DNA from: a virus
Lineage: Duplodnaviria > Caudoviricetes
Length of the DNA stretch: 64,000 nucleotides
Virus record (IMG/VR): IMGVR_UViG_3300025018_000091
Strand: one strand, 5' to 3'
Below the pieces are notes generated by a model, which did not search any database, was not told the origin of the DNA, and saw only the letters and a list, made by a program, of their open reading frames with translations. The position numbers and the translations under genes were made by a program. This document shows positions 45,840 to 55,540 of this stretch, piece after piece. Position 1 is the stretch's first letter. The number at the start of each line of letters is the position of its first letter.

Positions 45840-46715
45840 TTAAAATCTACTTATCAATTCCTGTGGAACCCTTCTAAATACCCTATATTTTGGTTGAGTA
45901 TCAATTCGAGGGGTTCCCTTTAAATTAATCATCTTCTTCTGAGCATCTCCTGGGAATCCAGTTTGATCACTATTAGTGTTAGCATAACCCATACTTTCTA
46001 ACTTAGTTTTTAACTCGTCCCACCAAACATACTTTACTCTAAGTGTTGTGGCAAGTTTTGGCTTAGTTAGACCCTTTGCATATGTGATATTTTGACTAAC
46101 ATAACTACCTGCGCCAACTGATGCTAAACTCTTGAAATCAGAAGACAGTCTTCCTTCATCAAGATCAAATGACTCGGAATCACAATCAGAGATTTCATCA
46201 AACCCTCTGCTATCTGCACACTTTGTATCACGGCATATAGATTTATCAACTAAACGCCTACGAGTACGATCATAAGAATTATACTTATAATTTAGACGAA
46301 CAGGTTCTACATAACCTTCTCCAAATACAGCAACAGCAATAATACCACGATCAGATATGTCACCACGAGCATGTAATGCTACACTATTCTCTGCACTAGT
46401 GAAAACAAATGCCGCACCACCATTCTTAGATTCTGGCCAAGCCTTTAATTGTAATGTACCATAAGCATTAACTAACCACATCTGGCTATCAGGATCAGTT
46501 GTGGCAGGATCTCCAGATAAAACATCTGTTCCATCTACAGAAACTTTTACTTGTACTCTATTACCAGAGTTATTCTTAAACTTAATCTCAAACGGCTCAT
46601 CTCCCCAAGCACCAATAGTATCTACACCATCTATTACATATTTCTTTAATGGACGATTTCTATATGTAGGATGTTGACTTATGATTTCTAGAGTGTAATA
46701 TTTTGACTTAAACAT
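45840..46715 (-). CDS. conserved-looking hypothetical protein
   Basis: FEIKFKNN...VSVDGTDVLSG...GIIAVAVF...GFPGD; AAGGAG RBS. Confidence 0.6.
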   Translation of the reverse strand: MFKSKYYTLEIISQHPTYRNRPLKKYVIDGVDTIGAWGDEPFEIKFKNNSGNRVQVKVSVDGTDVLSGDPATTDPDSQMWLVNAYGTLQLKAWPESKNGGAAFVFTSAENSVALHARGDISDRGIIAVAVFGEGYVEPVRLNYKYNSYDRTRRRLVDKSICRDTKCADSRGFDEISDCDSESFDLDEGRLSSDFKSLASVGAGSYVSQNITYAKGLTKPKLATTLRVKYVWWDELKTKLESMGYANTNSDQTGFPGDAQKKMINLKGTPRIDTQPKYRVFRRVPQELISRF

Positions 46716-46820
46716 TGGCTTGCTCCTTAATTGTTAGCCTCAACAAATTATATATCAGATCTTTCATAGAAATTATCATTTTTTATCAAACATAGCAAAA
46801 TTAATTTCATTGTTTGATAT

Positions 46821-47429
46821 TTAAGATAGTTTTTCGAACAACTTCATATCACCATTGCAGTATAACTTGAGTTTTTCAAGCCAAGCTTTTGATTTAATCT
46901 TGAAACGAACAACTTGATTTTTATTAACTCCCTTACAAACAACGCCTTCAAACGTCATTCCCTTTAGAGTAGAATTTTTTACCTTGTCAACAAAGATAGA
47001 ATTAACTCTTCCTTCAAATAAGACGTTAGGTATATCTAAATGTTGAAATGTTCTAATGAATTCTCTTGGCTCCATCATCCCTCGTTTATAAGGATTTACA
47101 TCAAACAATGTTACTGTTTGAGTTTCATCTTCAATATGTCTTCCAGCAAAAGAATTAGGACCATGATATTCAAAGAAGCATATGACATCACGCCATTTGT
47201 TTTCCTTGAATATCATAGCCAAATCTTCTTCGTATTTTTCTCGAATAATTGGAATTGAATTGCCTAAAGGCTTACTATTCTCATCAATTAGCTGATTTCG
47301 GCTACCGAACTTATAAAAACCTCTTTTAGAGTTCCATTCGGCTCGAATATTATTCCCATCTAGTTTATCAAAAGCATAAATATGGATATCATTTTGAATA
47401 TCCTTTGTGATTGTCGGATACGTTTTCAT
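46821..47429 (-). CDS. RNA ligase-like nucleotidyltransferase
   Basis: KLDG motif I, FEYHG, EGVVCK motif IV, FKIK motif V. Confidence 0.7.
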   Translation of the reverse strand: MKTYPTITKDIQNDIHIYAFDKLDGNNIRAEWNSKRGFYKFGSRNQLIDENSKPLGNSIPIIREKYEEDLAMIFKENKWRDVICFFEYHGPNSFAGRHIEDETQTVTLFDVNPYKRGMMEPREFIRTFQHLDIPNVLFEGRVNSIFVDKVKNSTLKGMTFEGVVCKGVNKNQVVRFKIKSKAWLEKLKLYCNGDMKLFEKLS

Positions 47430-47616
47430 CTTGTATTTCTTTAATTATGCATCTCTTGATGCAAAATACCTTATAATCTTTATGAAATTTCTTTGTAGCT
47501 TTATTCTCTGCACTTTTTGAGTTTCTAGCTTCTACATTAAAATTACGACGCTCTTCATAATCAAAACCATTGAAACTTTCTCTATCAAATATAATTTCAA
47601 TAAGATATTTCTTCAT
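47389..47616 (-). CDS. hypothetical protein
   Basis: Operonic overlap. Confidence 0.5.
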   Translation of the reverse strand: MKKYLIEIIFDRESFNGFDYEERRNFNVEARNSKSAENKATKKFHKDYKVFCIKRCIIKEIQDENVSDNHKGYSK

Positions 47617-47638
47617 AACATATCCAAATTAATATTGA

Positions 47639-47917
47639 TTATAGAACACAATATACTTGATCTTCGCGCATAAGCAATAATTTTTGCCCATCCACTGTAA
47701 TTTCTGTAGCCATATTCTTGTTAAAAGCTACAACATCATCAACTGCGATCTCTAGTGGTACAGATACTCCACCAGATGTTAAATGTCCAGACCCAACAGC
47801 AACAACTTTTCCAGTAGATACCTTCTCTTCTGCTGCCACAAGAAATAAACCACTTGGGGTTGTTTCTTCTGCGTCATTTTTACTAACCAAAATCATATTT
47901 CTTACAGGTTTTACCAT
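47639..47917 (-). CDS. groES: co-chaperonin GroES
   Basis: VKPVRNMILV, TPSGLFL, GKVVAVGSG, LLLMREDQV; start adjusted to MVKPV. Confidence 0.9.
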   Translation of the reverse strand: MVKPVRNMILVSKNDAEETTPSGLFLVAAEEKVSTGKVVAVGSGHLTSGGVSVPLEIAVDDVVAFNKNMATEITVDGQKLLLMREDQVYCVL

Positions 47918-47942
47918 GTTATTTCTCCTAACAAACAATATA

Positions 47943-48461
47943 TCAATAACTGTTTGATTCAATATTTTTAATTAACTGTTCAAAACAAAACTTAATCTTT
48001 CTTCTCTCGCAATCTTCGTCAAACCTAATATCAAACTCGTAAACATTTTCATAAGGTGAAAAGTCCAACGCTTTGATTTTTAATATCTTACAAGCACTTT
48101 TTATAAGAACATTAGGCACGGCTTGGTCACTTACCAAGCATTCTTCCTTTGCAATATTTAGAATTTTTATTCTTAGATTGCTATAATACAACCGCTTATA
48201 TTTTTCTAATTTATCAGGAGAGAAATTGAAATGTTAACAATATTCAAAGAATGGCTGATTGCCACGTTTGTTATTGCATTCGGCACAAGACACTGTAAGA
48301 TTTGTAGTATTAAATGTACCTCTCTTACTGCCAGGAACAATATGTTCCATTGTAACAGTCTCTAACGTAAGTGGTATATCACAATAACAACAGACTAAAC
48401 CGTCTCTAACAATAACCGACTCTCTAATTCTCTTTTGGCGACGTCTTTCTTGAGCACCCAT
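47943..48461 (-). pseudogene. HNH endonuclease interrupted by one in-frame TAA (48234-48236)
   Basis: CCYC...TMEHIVP...NLTVSCAECN; the frame continues past TAA into ORF 47943..48191. Confidence 0.65.
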
Positions 48462-48471
48462 AAATATATCC

Positions 48472-49116
48472 TCATCCTAAATGTGATGTATCATTAATAC
48501 AATGCAAACGCCACCCCTTATCTCCAAAAGATAATTCAGTAATAGATGTATTATCTATCTCTATCTTCCATGTAAAACTCTTATCAAACCCCATTACATA
48601 ATGTAATAAACTTTTAATTGTTACGCCGTGAGAAAATACTGCAATACCTAATGGTTTATCCAACCCATACAAATACTCCAACTTATCCTTATTATATAAG
48701 ATTTCTTCTTCTAGCCATTTAGATGCCCTGCGCTCGACCATATTTTGAGATTCACCACCGGGTGGTTTAAATCCCATATTCATATAACCCATTCTTAATA
48801 AGATATCTTTTGTTACAGTTTTACTCCTACTGCACTCGGTCCAATCACCAGCATCATATTCTACTAATTCGGGAACCGTTATTATCTTAGATTCTGGGAA
48901 AACTATTTTTGCAGTATCTAGCGCCCTAATACAAGTAGAAGAAAACACATAATCAAAATAACTATGTACTAGTTTTCTACGCAAACAATCTGCTTGATAT
49001 CTACCATATTCAGTAAGTTTCGTATCGGGTAATTGTCCCATTATATCTGGTTGAATATTAACTTCTGATTCGCCATGACGAATAAGATATAAATTAAAAG
49101 CCATATTATCAAGCAT
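48472..49116 (-). CDS. histidine phosphatase family protein
   Basis: LIRHGES, SSTCIRALDTA, ELVEYDAG, FSHG. Confidence 0.9.
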   Translation of the reverse strand: MLDNMAFNLYLIRHGESEVNIQPDIMGQLPDTKLTEYGRYQADCLRRKLVHSYFDYVFSSTCIRALDTAKIVFPESKIITVPELVEYDAGDWTECSRSKTVTKDILLRMGYMNMGFKPPGGESQNMVERRASKWLEEEILYNKDKLEYLYGLDKPLGIAVFSHGVTIKSLLHYVMGFDKSFTWKIEIDNTSITELSFGDKGWRLHCINDTSHLG

Positions 49117-49507
49117 CTTGTGTTGTTCTTCCTACTGTAAGATGAAGTCCGAATTGCGGATCTCTTTTTAGCCCATACTTCTCGCGCAAATCATTAAGAT
49201 ATTTACACTTAACATTAAGCCAATAATACTCACCATTATCTCGAACACCTGGTTCATATTCAAATTCAACTATTTTATTAGCATCCATTTTCCATAGATT
49301 ATAATTAGGAATGCGTTCTCCACGAATAATAGAAATATGCGTTCCCCATACAGGTCTAGTAAGTTTGCCCAAATAAGGATATTCACGATAGAATAAACAT
49401 CTATAATATTCAGATATTGAATCATCAGCCATAAGAACAAGCCAACGATCAGAAGATGCAAGATGCGTTCTTGGAGAATATACTAATTTCCCAATTGACT
49501 TAAACAT
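49109..49507 (-). CDS. 2H phosphoesterase-like protein
   Basis: Two HxS/T motifs: THISI and LHLTV. Confidence 0.6.
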   Translation of the reverse strand: MFKSIGKLVYSPRTHLASSDRWLVLMADDSISEYYRCLFYREYPYLGKLTRPVWGTHISIIRGERIPNYNLWKMDANKIVEFEYEPGVRDNGEYYWLNVKCKYLNDLREKYGLKRDPQFGLHLTVGRTTQDA

Positions 49508-49530
49508 TATTAATTACCAAACTATAATCT

Positions 49531-49824
49531 TTATTCTTCAGCATTAGCTATTTCAGCTAACACTTCACCGTGACAACTCTGTGGCGCACACCAACATCCC
49601 AATATCTTTCCTTTTAATTCTTTCTTTACCGCCTCTAAAAGCCAAGGCGTCGCAAGTAAATAGTTTCTAAAACACTCTATGGCTTCTTCTCTAGTTTCTA
49701 CTTGACATTCTGCTAAAGTTCCACCTCTATGAGAAAATGGATTGCCCCACTTAGATGGTCGTCCTATATAAACATCGTACTTATCTTTTTTACAATGTAC
49801 TACATATTTTGAATACTTACTCAT
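49531..49824 (-). CDS. DUF4326 family protein
   Basis: VYIGRPSKWGNPF, ELKGKILGCWCAPQSCHGEVL. Confidence 0.88.
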   Translation of the reverse strand: MSKYSKYVVHCKKDKYDVYIGRPSKWGNPFSHRGGTLAECQVETREEAIECFRNYLLATPWLLEAVKKELKGKILGCWCAPQSCHGEVLAEIANAEE

Positions 49825-50258
49825 AAGAATGCTTTTAACTTACCCAATTTATGTAATGCTTTCAATAAAATGCTACAGCTATCCACTATTTTATACACAT
49901 CATCCATTTCAACTATAGAAGTAGCATCAGGATATTTGAAAAACATTATTCGTATTTCTGGAAATATCTTAAATCTAGAATCCGATCCTACATAAATCTC
50001 TTTTTTATCTATGATTTCAGTACTAGATCTCCTAAGATCAAAAATACGCACAGTGACCCTTATCGCTGGCGTATAAAAAAATCCTTTTGAATTAATTGAT
50101 GCAAGATTATATGGAAAAGTTCTAACCTCTAACAAAAAATCATGCATATAGAATTCAAACAAATTGTCTGGTGAAGCTTTAATATATTGAATAGATTGTT
50201 TTTTAAATTTAGATAAATCTAAATTATCACCAAAATCATACCTATATCTATATTGCAT
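49821..50258 (-). CDS. hypothetical protein (xxLxxF-ending family)
   Basis: Ends KLGKLKAFL. Confidence 0.55.
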   Translation of the reverse strand: MQYRYRYDFGDNLDLSKFKKQSIQYIKASPDNLFEFYMHDFLLEVRTFPYNLASINSKGFFYTPAIRVTVRIFDLRRSSTEIIDKKEIYVGSDSRFKIFPEIRIMFFKYPDATSIVEMDDVYKIVDSCSILLKALHKLGKLKAFL

Positions 50259-50270
50259 AATTCATCAATC

Positions 50271-50344
50271 TGGCTCGGGAACAGAGATTCGGACTCTGAT
50301 TTTACCTGTCGGAAAGGTACGACCTACCATTAGTCGATTCCCGA
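50271..50344 (-). tRNA. tRNA with CCG (Arg) anticodon on a Gln-like body
   Basis: Acceptor TCGGGAA/TTCCCGA-G-CCA, loop TT-CCG-AC, T-loop TCCGAAT. Confidence 0.7.
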
Positions 50345-51058
50345 ATTATTCATTTTTGCTATCTTATTAAAACGTTTTCTAACCGCGTTATCACTAATTC
50401 CCAGTATGCGTCCTACTTTAGAAAAACCATAATTATTAACCATTTCAATTAGGTTACTTATTTTATCCCAATCAATTTTGCCTTTACTCTTATTTGAGCA
50501 ACCAATACAACGAATAGAATTATTTTGTATTTCTTGCCCACAATCAATACATAAAGTTTGTTTATTTGCGATTGCAACATTTTTACCAGCATAATTATCT
50601 GTTTGCGCATGACAATTAGGACATAATATTCTTAAATTTTCAATCCTATTATCATTGCTAATACCATTTATATGATCAATTTGTAACGATAGTATCTTAC
50701 CATTCCACTCTGGAGGCAAATCGCACTCATAACATTTATTATCCAATAAACCTTCCTTTAATAATCTTTGTTTTAACTGTCTTCTATCATATGTAGAGCC
50801 TTCTACTAAAATATCAGATAATGATTTGGCTCCATTTGTTAGCCAAGGCATTGGTCTATTTTTATTAGATCCGTTACCAAGCCTAATATGAGAAAAATCT
50901 ATATTTTCTTTTTTCAATCTGGTTTTTAATGCTACATAATTTGCACTAGAAGTACATAATCCAAAGAATTTTAATATATCACTTAATGTATTACTGGTAG
51001 CAACCGTATTTTTTAAATCATCTACTGATGCTGTCCATATTTTATTTCTTCTATTCAT
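50330..51058 (-). CDS. HNH endonuclease
   Basis: LQIDHINGISNDNRIENLRILCPNCH; stop lies inside the downstream tRNA 5' end. Confidence 0.9.
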   Translation of the reverse strand: MNRRNKIWTASVDDLKNTVATSNTLSDILKFFGLCTSSANYVALKTRLKKENIDFSHIRLGNGSNKNRPMPWLTNGAKSLSDILVEGSTYDRRQLKQRLLKEGLLDNKCYECDLPPEWNGKILSLQIDHINGISNDNRIENLRILCPNCHAQTDNYAGKNVAIANKQTLCIDCGQEIQNNSIRCIGCSNKSKGKIDWDKISNLIEMVNNYGFSKVGRILGISDNAVRKRFNKIAKMNNSGID

Positions 51059-51112
51059 TGACCACCAACAGGATAACTATCACCCATGTAATATATCCTG
51101 TTATTAGTAGTT

Positions 51113-51187
51113 TGGCTCGGGGTCAAGGATTCGAACCTTGATTTTATGGGTCAGAGCCACACGTCCTAACCGTTAAACGAACCCCGA
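51113..51187 (-). tRNA. tRNA-Gln(CTG)
   Basis: Loop CT-CTG-AC, acceptor TCGGGGT/ACCCCGA-G-CCA. Confidence 0.9.
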
Positions 51188-51229
51188 ATAGCTACATAAC
51201 ATGTAATGTTATTGCTATGTAACTTTATA

Positions 51230-51622
51230 TTATTCCAAAAACGGATGCCAGCCTAATGTTTCAGACCAAAAACTGCAAAAATCATGATAGTTTTGAGTGA
51301 CCCTATCTTCCGTATAAGCTTTCTTAAACAAATCTAACTCTTGAAAATATGTATCCTTATCTTTTCTGAAGATATCAATTTGTTTAGACATCATATCTGC
51401 CGCTACTTTGGGCTCCCACTGAATAGCCAGAGCTGATTGTGTCTTAACTCTATGAAGCTCTTCTTTAATCTGTTTTAATTGTTTTTCTTGTGTTTGAAGT
51501 AAATCAAACATAATTTCAAAAGCAGCTGTTAAAGATTTAAAATATTCAATTGGTTCTTTTGTACCAACTGCGCCATTCATTTCATCAATAATTACTTGTG
51601 GGAAATTTACATTAGTAGGCAT
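51230..51622 (-). CDS. hypothetical protein
   Basis: Coupled to tsf. Confidence 0.6.
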   Translation of the reverse strand: MPTNVNFPQVIIDEMNGAVGTKEPIEYFKSLTAAFEIMFDLLQTQEKQLKQIKEELHRVKTQSALAIQWEPKVAADMMSKQIDIFRKDKDTYFQELDLFKKAYTEDRVTQNYHDFCSFWSETLGWHPFLE

Positions 51623-52550
51623 CTTTATTCATTGTCCTATATACTGGTTCAACGTGCTCTTCAGCCATTTGTGCAGCTTCATCTGCAAAATTATCAACTG
51701 GCTTATCTATACCTTCACCAACTTGACATCTAATAAAATTAATTAACTGAATCTCTCCACCTAATTTTAGACCTAAGTTACTTACAAGATCGCCAACAGA
51801 TACTTTTGGTGATGTTACAGACTCTTGATTAAGTAAACAAACTTCAGTATACCACTTATTCATCTTACCAAGCATAATCTTTTCATGAGCGGCTTCTGGT
51901 TTATTCATCTCATTAAGCTGAGTTTGAAAAATTGCCTTCTGTCTATTAACAACATCTGGAGATAATTTATAAGGAGATATTGCTAAAGGATTCATTGCAG
52001 CTATTTGAAGCACTAAATTATTTGCAAGCTCAATAAACTCCTGATTAGACGCGGCTTCTTTAGACGGAGCCAACACAGTTAGTATGGCGCCAATCTTTTC
52101 ATTAGTATGAACATAAGAAAATATAGCAGTATTTTCCTTAAACATAGTTTCAACCCACCAACGACGAACTACAATATTCTCTTTTGTCATTGACAATAAC
52201 TCTTGTCTTTGAGATTCAACTAAATCAACAGACCACATAGCATTGCTATTAGCAGCGTTACATAATGAATCTAAACATACATCAACAAAACGCTGAAACT
52301 CTGGCATTTTTGCTACAAAATCTGTAACCGAATTAACCTCAACCATTACAACATGGTTGCCTACACGGCTAATACCAACTACACCTTCAGATGCGGCTCT
52401 ACTTCCAACAGACACTAATTTGCCTTTTGCCTTAATCACATCAACAGCTTTATCTAAATCCCAATTGGTTTCAACTAAAGCGTCTTTACAGTCTTTCATT
52501 CCAGCTTGAGTTAATGCTCTCAAATCTCTAATCATATCAGTATTAGTCAT
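51612..52550 (-). CDS. tsf: translation elongation factor Ts
   Basis: LRALTQAGMKDCKDAL, ASEG, EVNSVTDFVAK, ENIVVRR, LQIAAMNP, GKMNKWYTEVCLL.Q, RCQVGEGI. Confidence 0.95.
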   Translation of the reverse strand: MTNTDMIRDLRALTQAGMKDCKDALVETNWDLDKAVDVIKAKGKLVSVGSRAASEGVVGISRVGNHVVMVEVNSVTDFVAKMPEFQRFVDVCLDSLCNAANSNAMWSVDLVESQRQELLSMTKENIVVRRWWVETMFKENTAIFSYVHTNEKIGAILTVLAPSKEAASNQEFIELANNLVLQIAAMNPLAISPYKLSPDVVNRQKAIFQTQLNEMNKPEAAHEKIMLGKMNKWYTEVCLLNQESVTSPKVSVGDLVSNLGLKLGGEIQLINFIRCQVGEGIDKPVDNFADEAAQMAEEHVEPVYRTMNKDAY

Positions 52551-52569
52551 TGTTACTTCCTTTTACGAC

Positions 52570-52597
52570 AATGTAAATTTTATAAATTGCCAGTCAA
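52570..52597 (-). promoter_or_regulatory. sigma70-like early promoter
   Basis: TTGACT-N16-TACATT upstream of tsf. Confidence 0.65.
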
Positions 52598-52613
52598 GTG
52601 GCGTGAATTTTAA

Positions 52614-52856
52614 TTATTCAGCGAAGTCAATTAAAAATTGAGTATCGAGGAACTGGGCACATTCATCACATATAGGACCAAGATACATAGATGCTTTACC
52701 ACTTGAGTGATTTTTACATCTACCTGGACTGTGAGAGCCCATTAGTTTGCAAGAATCCTGCTCACAAGTACATCTTGTGTTCTTTTTATCCTTCTTGGCA
52801 TGTTTAATGACAAGTTGATCGGCTAATTCTATTACTTTTGCTGTAGCAGTTTTCAT
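52614..52856 (-). CDS. small Cys/His-rich hypothetical protein
   Basis: CTC...C...H...C...CxxC. Confidence 0.5.
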   Translation of the reverse strand: MKTATAKVIELADQLVIKHAKKDKKNTRCTCEQDSCKLMGSHSPGRCKNHSSGKASMYLGPICDECAQFLDTQFLIDFAE

Positions 52857-52917
52857 ACCTATATGAAAATATATGCCTAAGTGGAGCGATTAAATCTTTT
52901 CGAAACTATCATTTTAG

Positions 52918-53610
52918 TTGTATATAAATATGCAAGCATCACAAGACACAATTTTTATTGAATTTATTGATAAATTTGAATCTAAAGATAATATAATGTT
53001 AACATGTCCGCAATGTAATAATCACTTTGAAAAGACAAAGCGAGAAATAAGAAATAAAATAATTATACATAAAACAAAAACAATATATTGCTCTTTTAAA
53101 TGTTATCAACAATCACGAATAACGATAAAAAATGTAAATTGCAAACAATGTAATACACTATTTTTAAAAGAAAAATCAAGAATAAAAAAAACTAAAAATA
53201 ATTTTTGTTCAAAAAGTTGCGCAGCAACATATAACAATACCCACAAAACCAAAGGAAATAGAAGATCAAAATTAGAAATTTGGATAGAATCTCAATTAAA
53301 TTCATTATATCCAAAATTACAAATTATATATAATTCTAAAAATATAATTAATTCAGAATTAGATATTTATATTCCATCACTTAGATTGGCTTTTGAACTT
53401 AATGGAATTTTTCATTATGAATCAATTTATGGTAAAGAAAAATTAAAATCTATACAAAATAATGATAATAGAAAATTTCAAGCCTGTTTAGAACAACATA
53501 TTGAATTAGCTATTATTGACACAACACATATGACAAATTTTAAAGAAAAGAAAGCTGTAAAATATCTTGATATTATCACTAATATAATTAATCAATCTAT
53601 ACAAAAATAA
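52918..53610 (+). CDS. free-standing endonuclease (Zn-finger repeats + PD-(D/E)xK/Vsr-like domain)
   Basis: CxxC...YCSxxC repeats; ELDIYIP..RLAFELNGIFHY. Confidence 0.75.
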   Translation: MYINMQASQDTIFIEFIDKFESKDNIMLTCPQCNNHFEKTKREIRNKIIIHKTKTIYCSFKCYQQSRITIKNVNCKQCNTLFLKEKSRIKKTKNNFCSKSCAATYNNTHKTKGNRRSKLEIWIESQLNSLYPKLQIIYNSKNIINSELDIYIPSLRLAFELNGIFHYESIYGKEKLKSIQNNDNRKFQACLEQHIELAIIDTTHMTNFKEKKAVKYLDIITNIINQSIQK

Positions 53611-53650
53611 TAAGACGACAACTCTTTAATAAGATTTTTAACCACTCTCG

Positions 53651-53745
53651 TGGGCGATGGATATGAACCATCTAATTCGGACTTTTAAATTCCAAAGGAA
53701 TTATTTATCCGAATGTTGACCATGTAATCCTATCAGGCATTCGTC
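53651..53745 (-). ncRNA. structured RNA / tRNA remnant with T-arm
   Basis: Nested hairpin ATTCGGA/TCCGAAT + AATTCC/GGAATT, then GATGG-TTCATAT-CCATC. Confidence 0.3.
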
Positions 53746-53747
53746 TA

Positions 53748-53822
53748 TGGAGCGACCAGTGGGGCTCGAACCCACGACATTCTGCATGGCAAGCAGACAT
53801 TCTACCACTGAATTATGGTCGC
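53748..53822 (-). tRNA. tRNA-Gly(GCC)
   Basis: Loop TT-GCC-AT, CCA. Confidence 0.92.
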
Positions 53823-53847
53823 TTAAAGGCGTCAAAGAATGAAAAGA

Positions 53848-53953
<106 letters not shown>

Positions 53954-53978
53954 GATGTATTCCTTTCGGCATACGCCA

Positions 53979-54053
53979 TGGAGCGGGTGAAGGGATTTGA
54001 ACCCTCAACTTCAAACTTGGAAGGATTGTACTCTACCATTGAGTTACACCCGC
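53979..54053 (-). tRNA. tRNA-Gly(TCC)
   Basis: Loop CT-TCC-AA, CCA. Confidence 0.92.
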
Positions 54054-54150
54054 ACATTACATATAACATTTTATGCCCCAGTTAACCATTTAATATTTTC
54101 AAATCCAACATATTTTTGTATTACTCCATATTGATAGTTAAAAGTTCATA

Positions 54151-54585
54151 TCACTTAGTAAGCTTGTAAATACAAAACTTATTTTTCTTTTCAACTACAA
54201 TCGGCAAATTCAACAAAACATTCCACTGCCCTGTTCCTTTAGAAGTTATTCCTTCTTTCTTAATATCTCTTCTTACTACAATATATGCAGTACCTCCCAC
54301 CTTTAAATAACTTTTAATCGCATTTACAATCTCGTTTACTATTTGTGGCTTAACAACATTTAAAACATAATTGCAAATAATTGTATCATATTGATGATTA
54401 GGTTTTTGTGGAAAATAATATGGATCATATTTGTCTGCTAATAACAAATTAGCATCACTACCACGACCACACCCGTAATCTAAAAGATCTCCTTTTAATA
54501 GATCATTGTCACTAATATATTGTGCCGGTAATGATAATTTATTTCTAGAAATTGCTGTCAAATATGATTTATCATCAAGTTCCAT
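54151..54585 (-). CDS. class I SAM-dependent methyltransferase domain protein
   Basis: LDYGCGRG, YDTIICNYVLNVV. Confidence 0.8.
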   Translation of the reverse strand: MELDDKSYLTAISRNKLSLPAQYISDNDLLKGDLLDYGCGRGSDANLLLADKYDPYYFPQKPNHQYDTIICNYVLNVVKPQIVNEIVNAIKSYLKVGGTAYIVVRRDIKKEGITSKGTGQWNVLLNLPIVVEKKNKFCIYKLTK

Positions 54586-55054
54586 TATAGCTTCTCTATC
54601 CTCAATAAATAAGGATCTACATAAAAATAACCACGTTTATAATCTGCATAACCTTCTGTTCTATTAAAAGAAGATCGTTTTCCATCACTTCTCTTTGGTG
54701 CATTAGGAAGATTATGCACTGTCTTAATCTGTAAATAAATCTTTATTTCTGGCGAATCTACTGATTGTAACCAATAGTAATAATACTTAAATCCTCACCG
54801 GGAAGATTATTAAAATCTACATAATTACCAAATTTAGATTTAACTTTACTTCTAATATTATTCAATTTAAACTCTATATAAGGACCATGATCCCCATACA
54901 CAATTCGTTCATATCCTTTAAATAATAGAGTCCCAGAAGAAGGCGAATAGAACTCAGTTGAGAAATCTCCCTCTTCAGATAGGTCTAGTTTAGATTCCAA
55001 CTCTTCTTTATCTTGCAATCTATTCTCATAAATTGCGGTTGTTTGAAAAACCAT
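54585..55054 (-). pseudogene. hypothetical protein with apparent frameshift at 54789-54791
   Basis: ERIVYGDHGPYIEF joins KYYYYWLQ...GYADYKRGYFYVDP if one T is added. Confidence 0.55.
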
Positions 55055-55087
55055 ATGTAATACTCAATTATAATCTATTCTGTGGTG

Positions 55088-55162
55088 TGGTGTATGGTGC
55101 AGGATTTGAACCAGCAACCTTCTGCGAGTCGAGCAGACGCACTACCGTTGTGCTAACCATAC
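55088..55162 (-). tRNA. tRNA-Val(GAC) with atypical loop
   Basis: Loop TC-GAC-TC, CCA. Confidence 0.8.
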
Positions 55163-55164
55163 AT

Positions 55165-55347
55165 TTATCTCGGAACTTTTTCTTCACTAATACAGCAAGA
55201 ATCTGTTAATGTAAATTGAGACCTGTATTTCTCCCAAGAACATGGTCCGTGATGACCAATTGGCAAATTGCAGCGTAATTTTAAATCAAAAGAGCTGAAA
55301 GGCGCTATAAGCCCACATAAACCGTCATATGATTCTATAGAACTCAT
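55165..55347 (-). CDS. small hypothetical protein
   Basis: C.LPIGHHGPC motif; lies between tRNAs. Confidence 0.45.
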   Translation of the reverse strand: MSSIESYDGLCGLIAPFSSFDLKLRCNLPIGHHGPCSWEKYRSQFTLTDSCCISEEKVPR

Positions 55348-55351
55348 TTAG

Positions 55352-55424
55352 TGCGCCGTATGGGACTCGAACCTATAACTTCCACCTTGTAAGGATGGCA
55401 CTCTAACCATTGAGTTAACAGCGC
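55352..55424 (-). tRNA. tRNA-Val(TAC), CCA not encoded
   Basis: Loop CT-TAC-AA. Confidence 0.88.
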
Positions 55425-55427
55425 AAA

Positions 55428-55504
55428 TGGTGTCGCTGGTCGGAATCGAACCGGACCTTGGATCGCTTATGAAACGATTGCCATCACCAGATGACTACAG
55501 CGGC
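55428..55504 (-). tRNA. tRNA(CAT) Met/Ile2, with stem mismatches
   Basis: Loop TT-CAT-AA; extra C in the T-stem; CCA. Confidence 0.75.
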
Positions 55505-55540
55505 ATTACGTATGGTATATATCAGATTATTCATATAATG

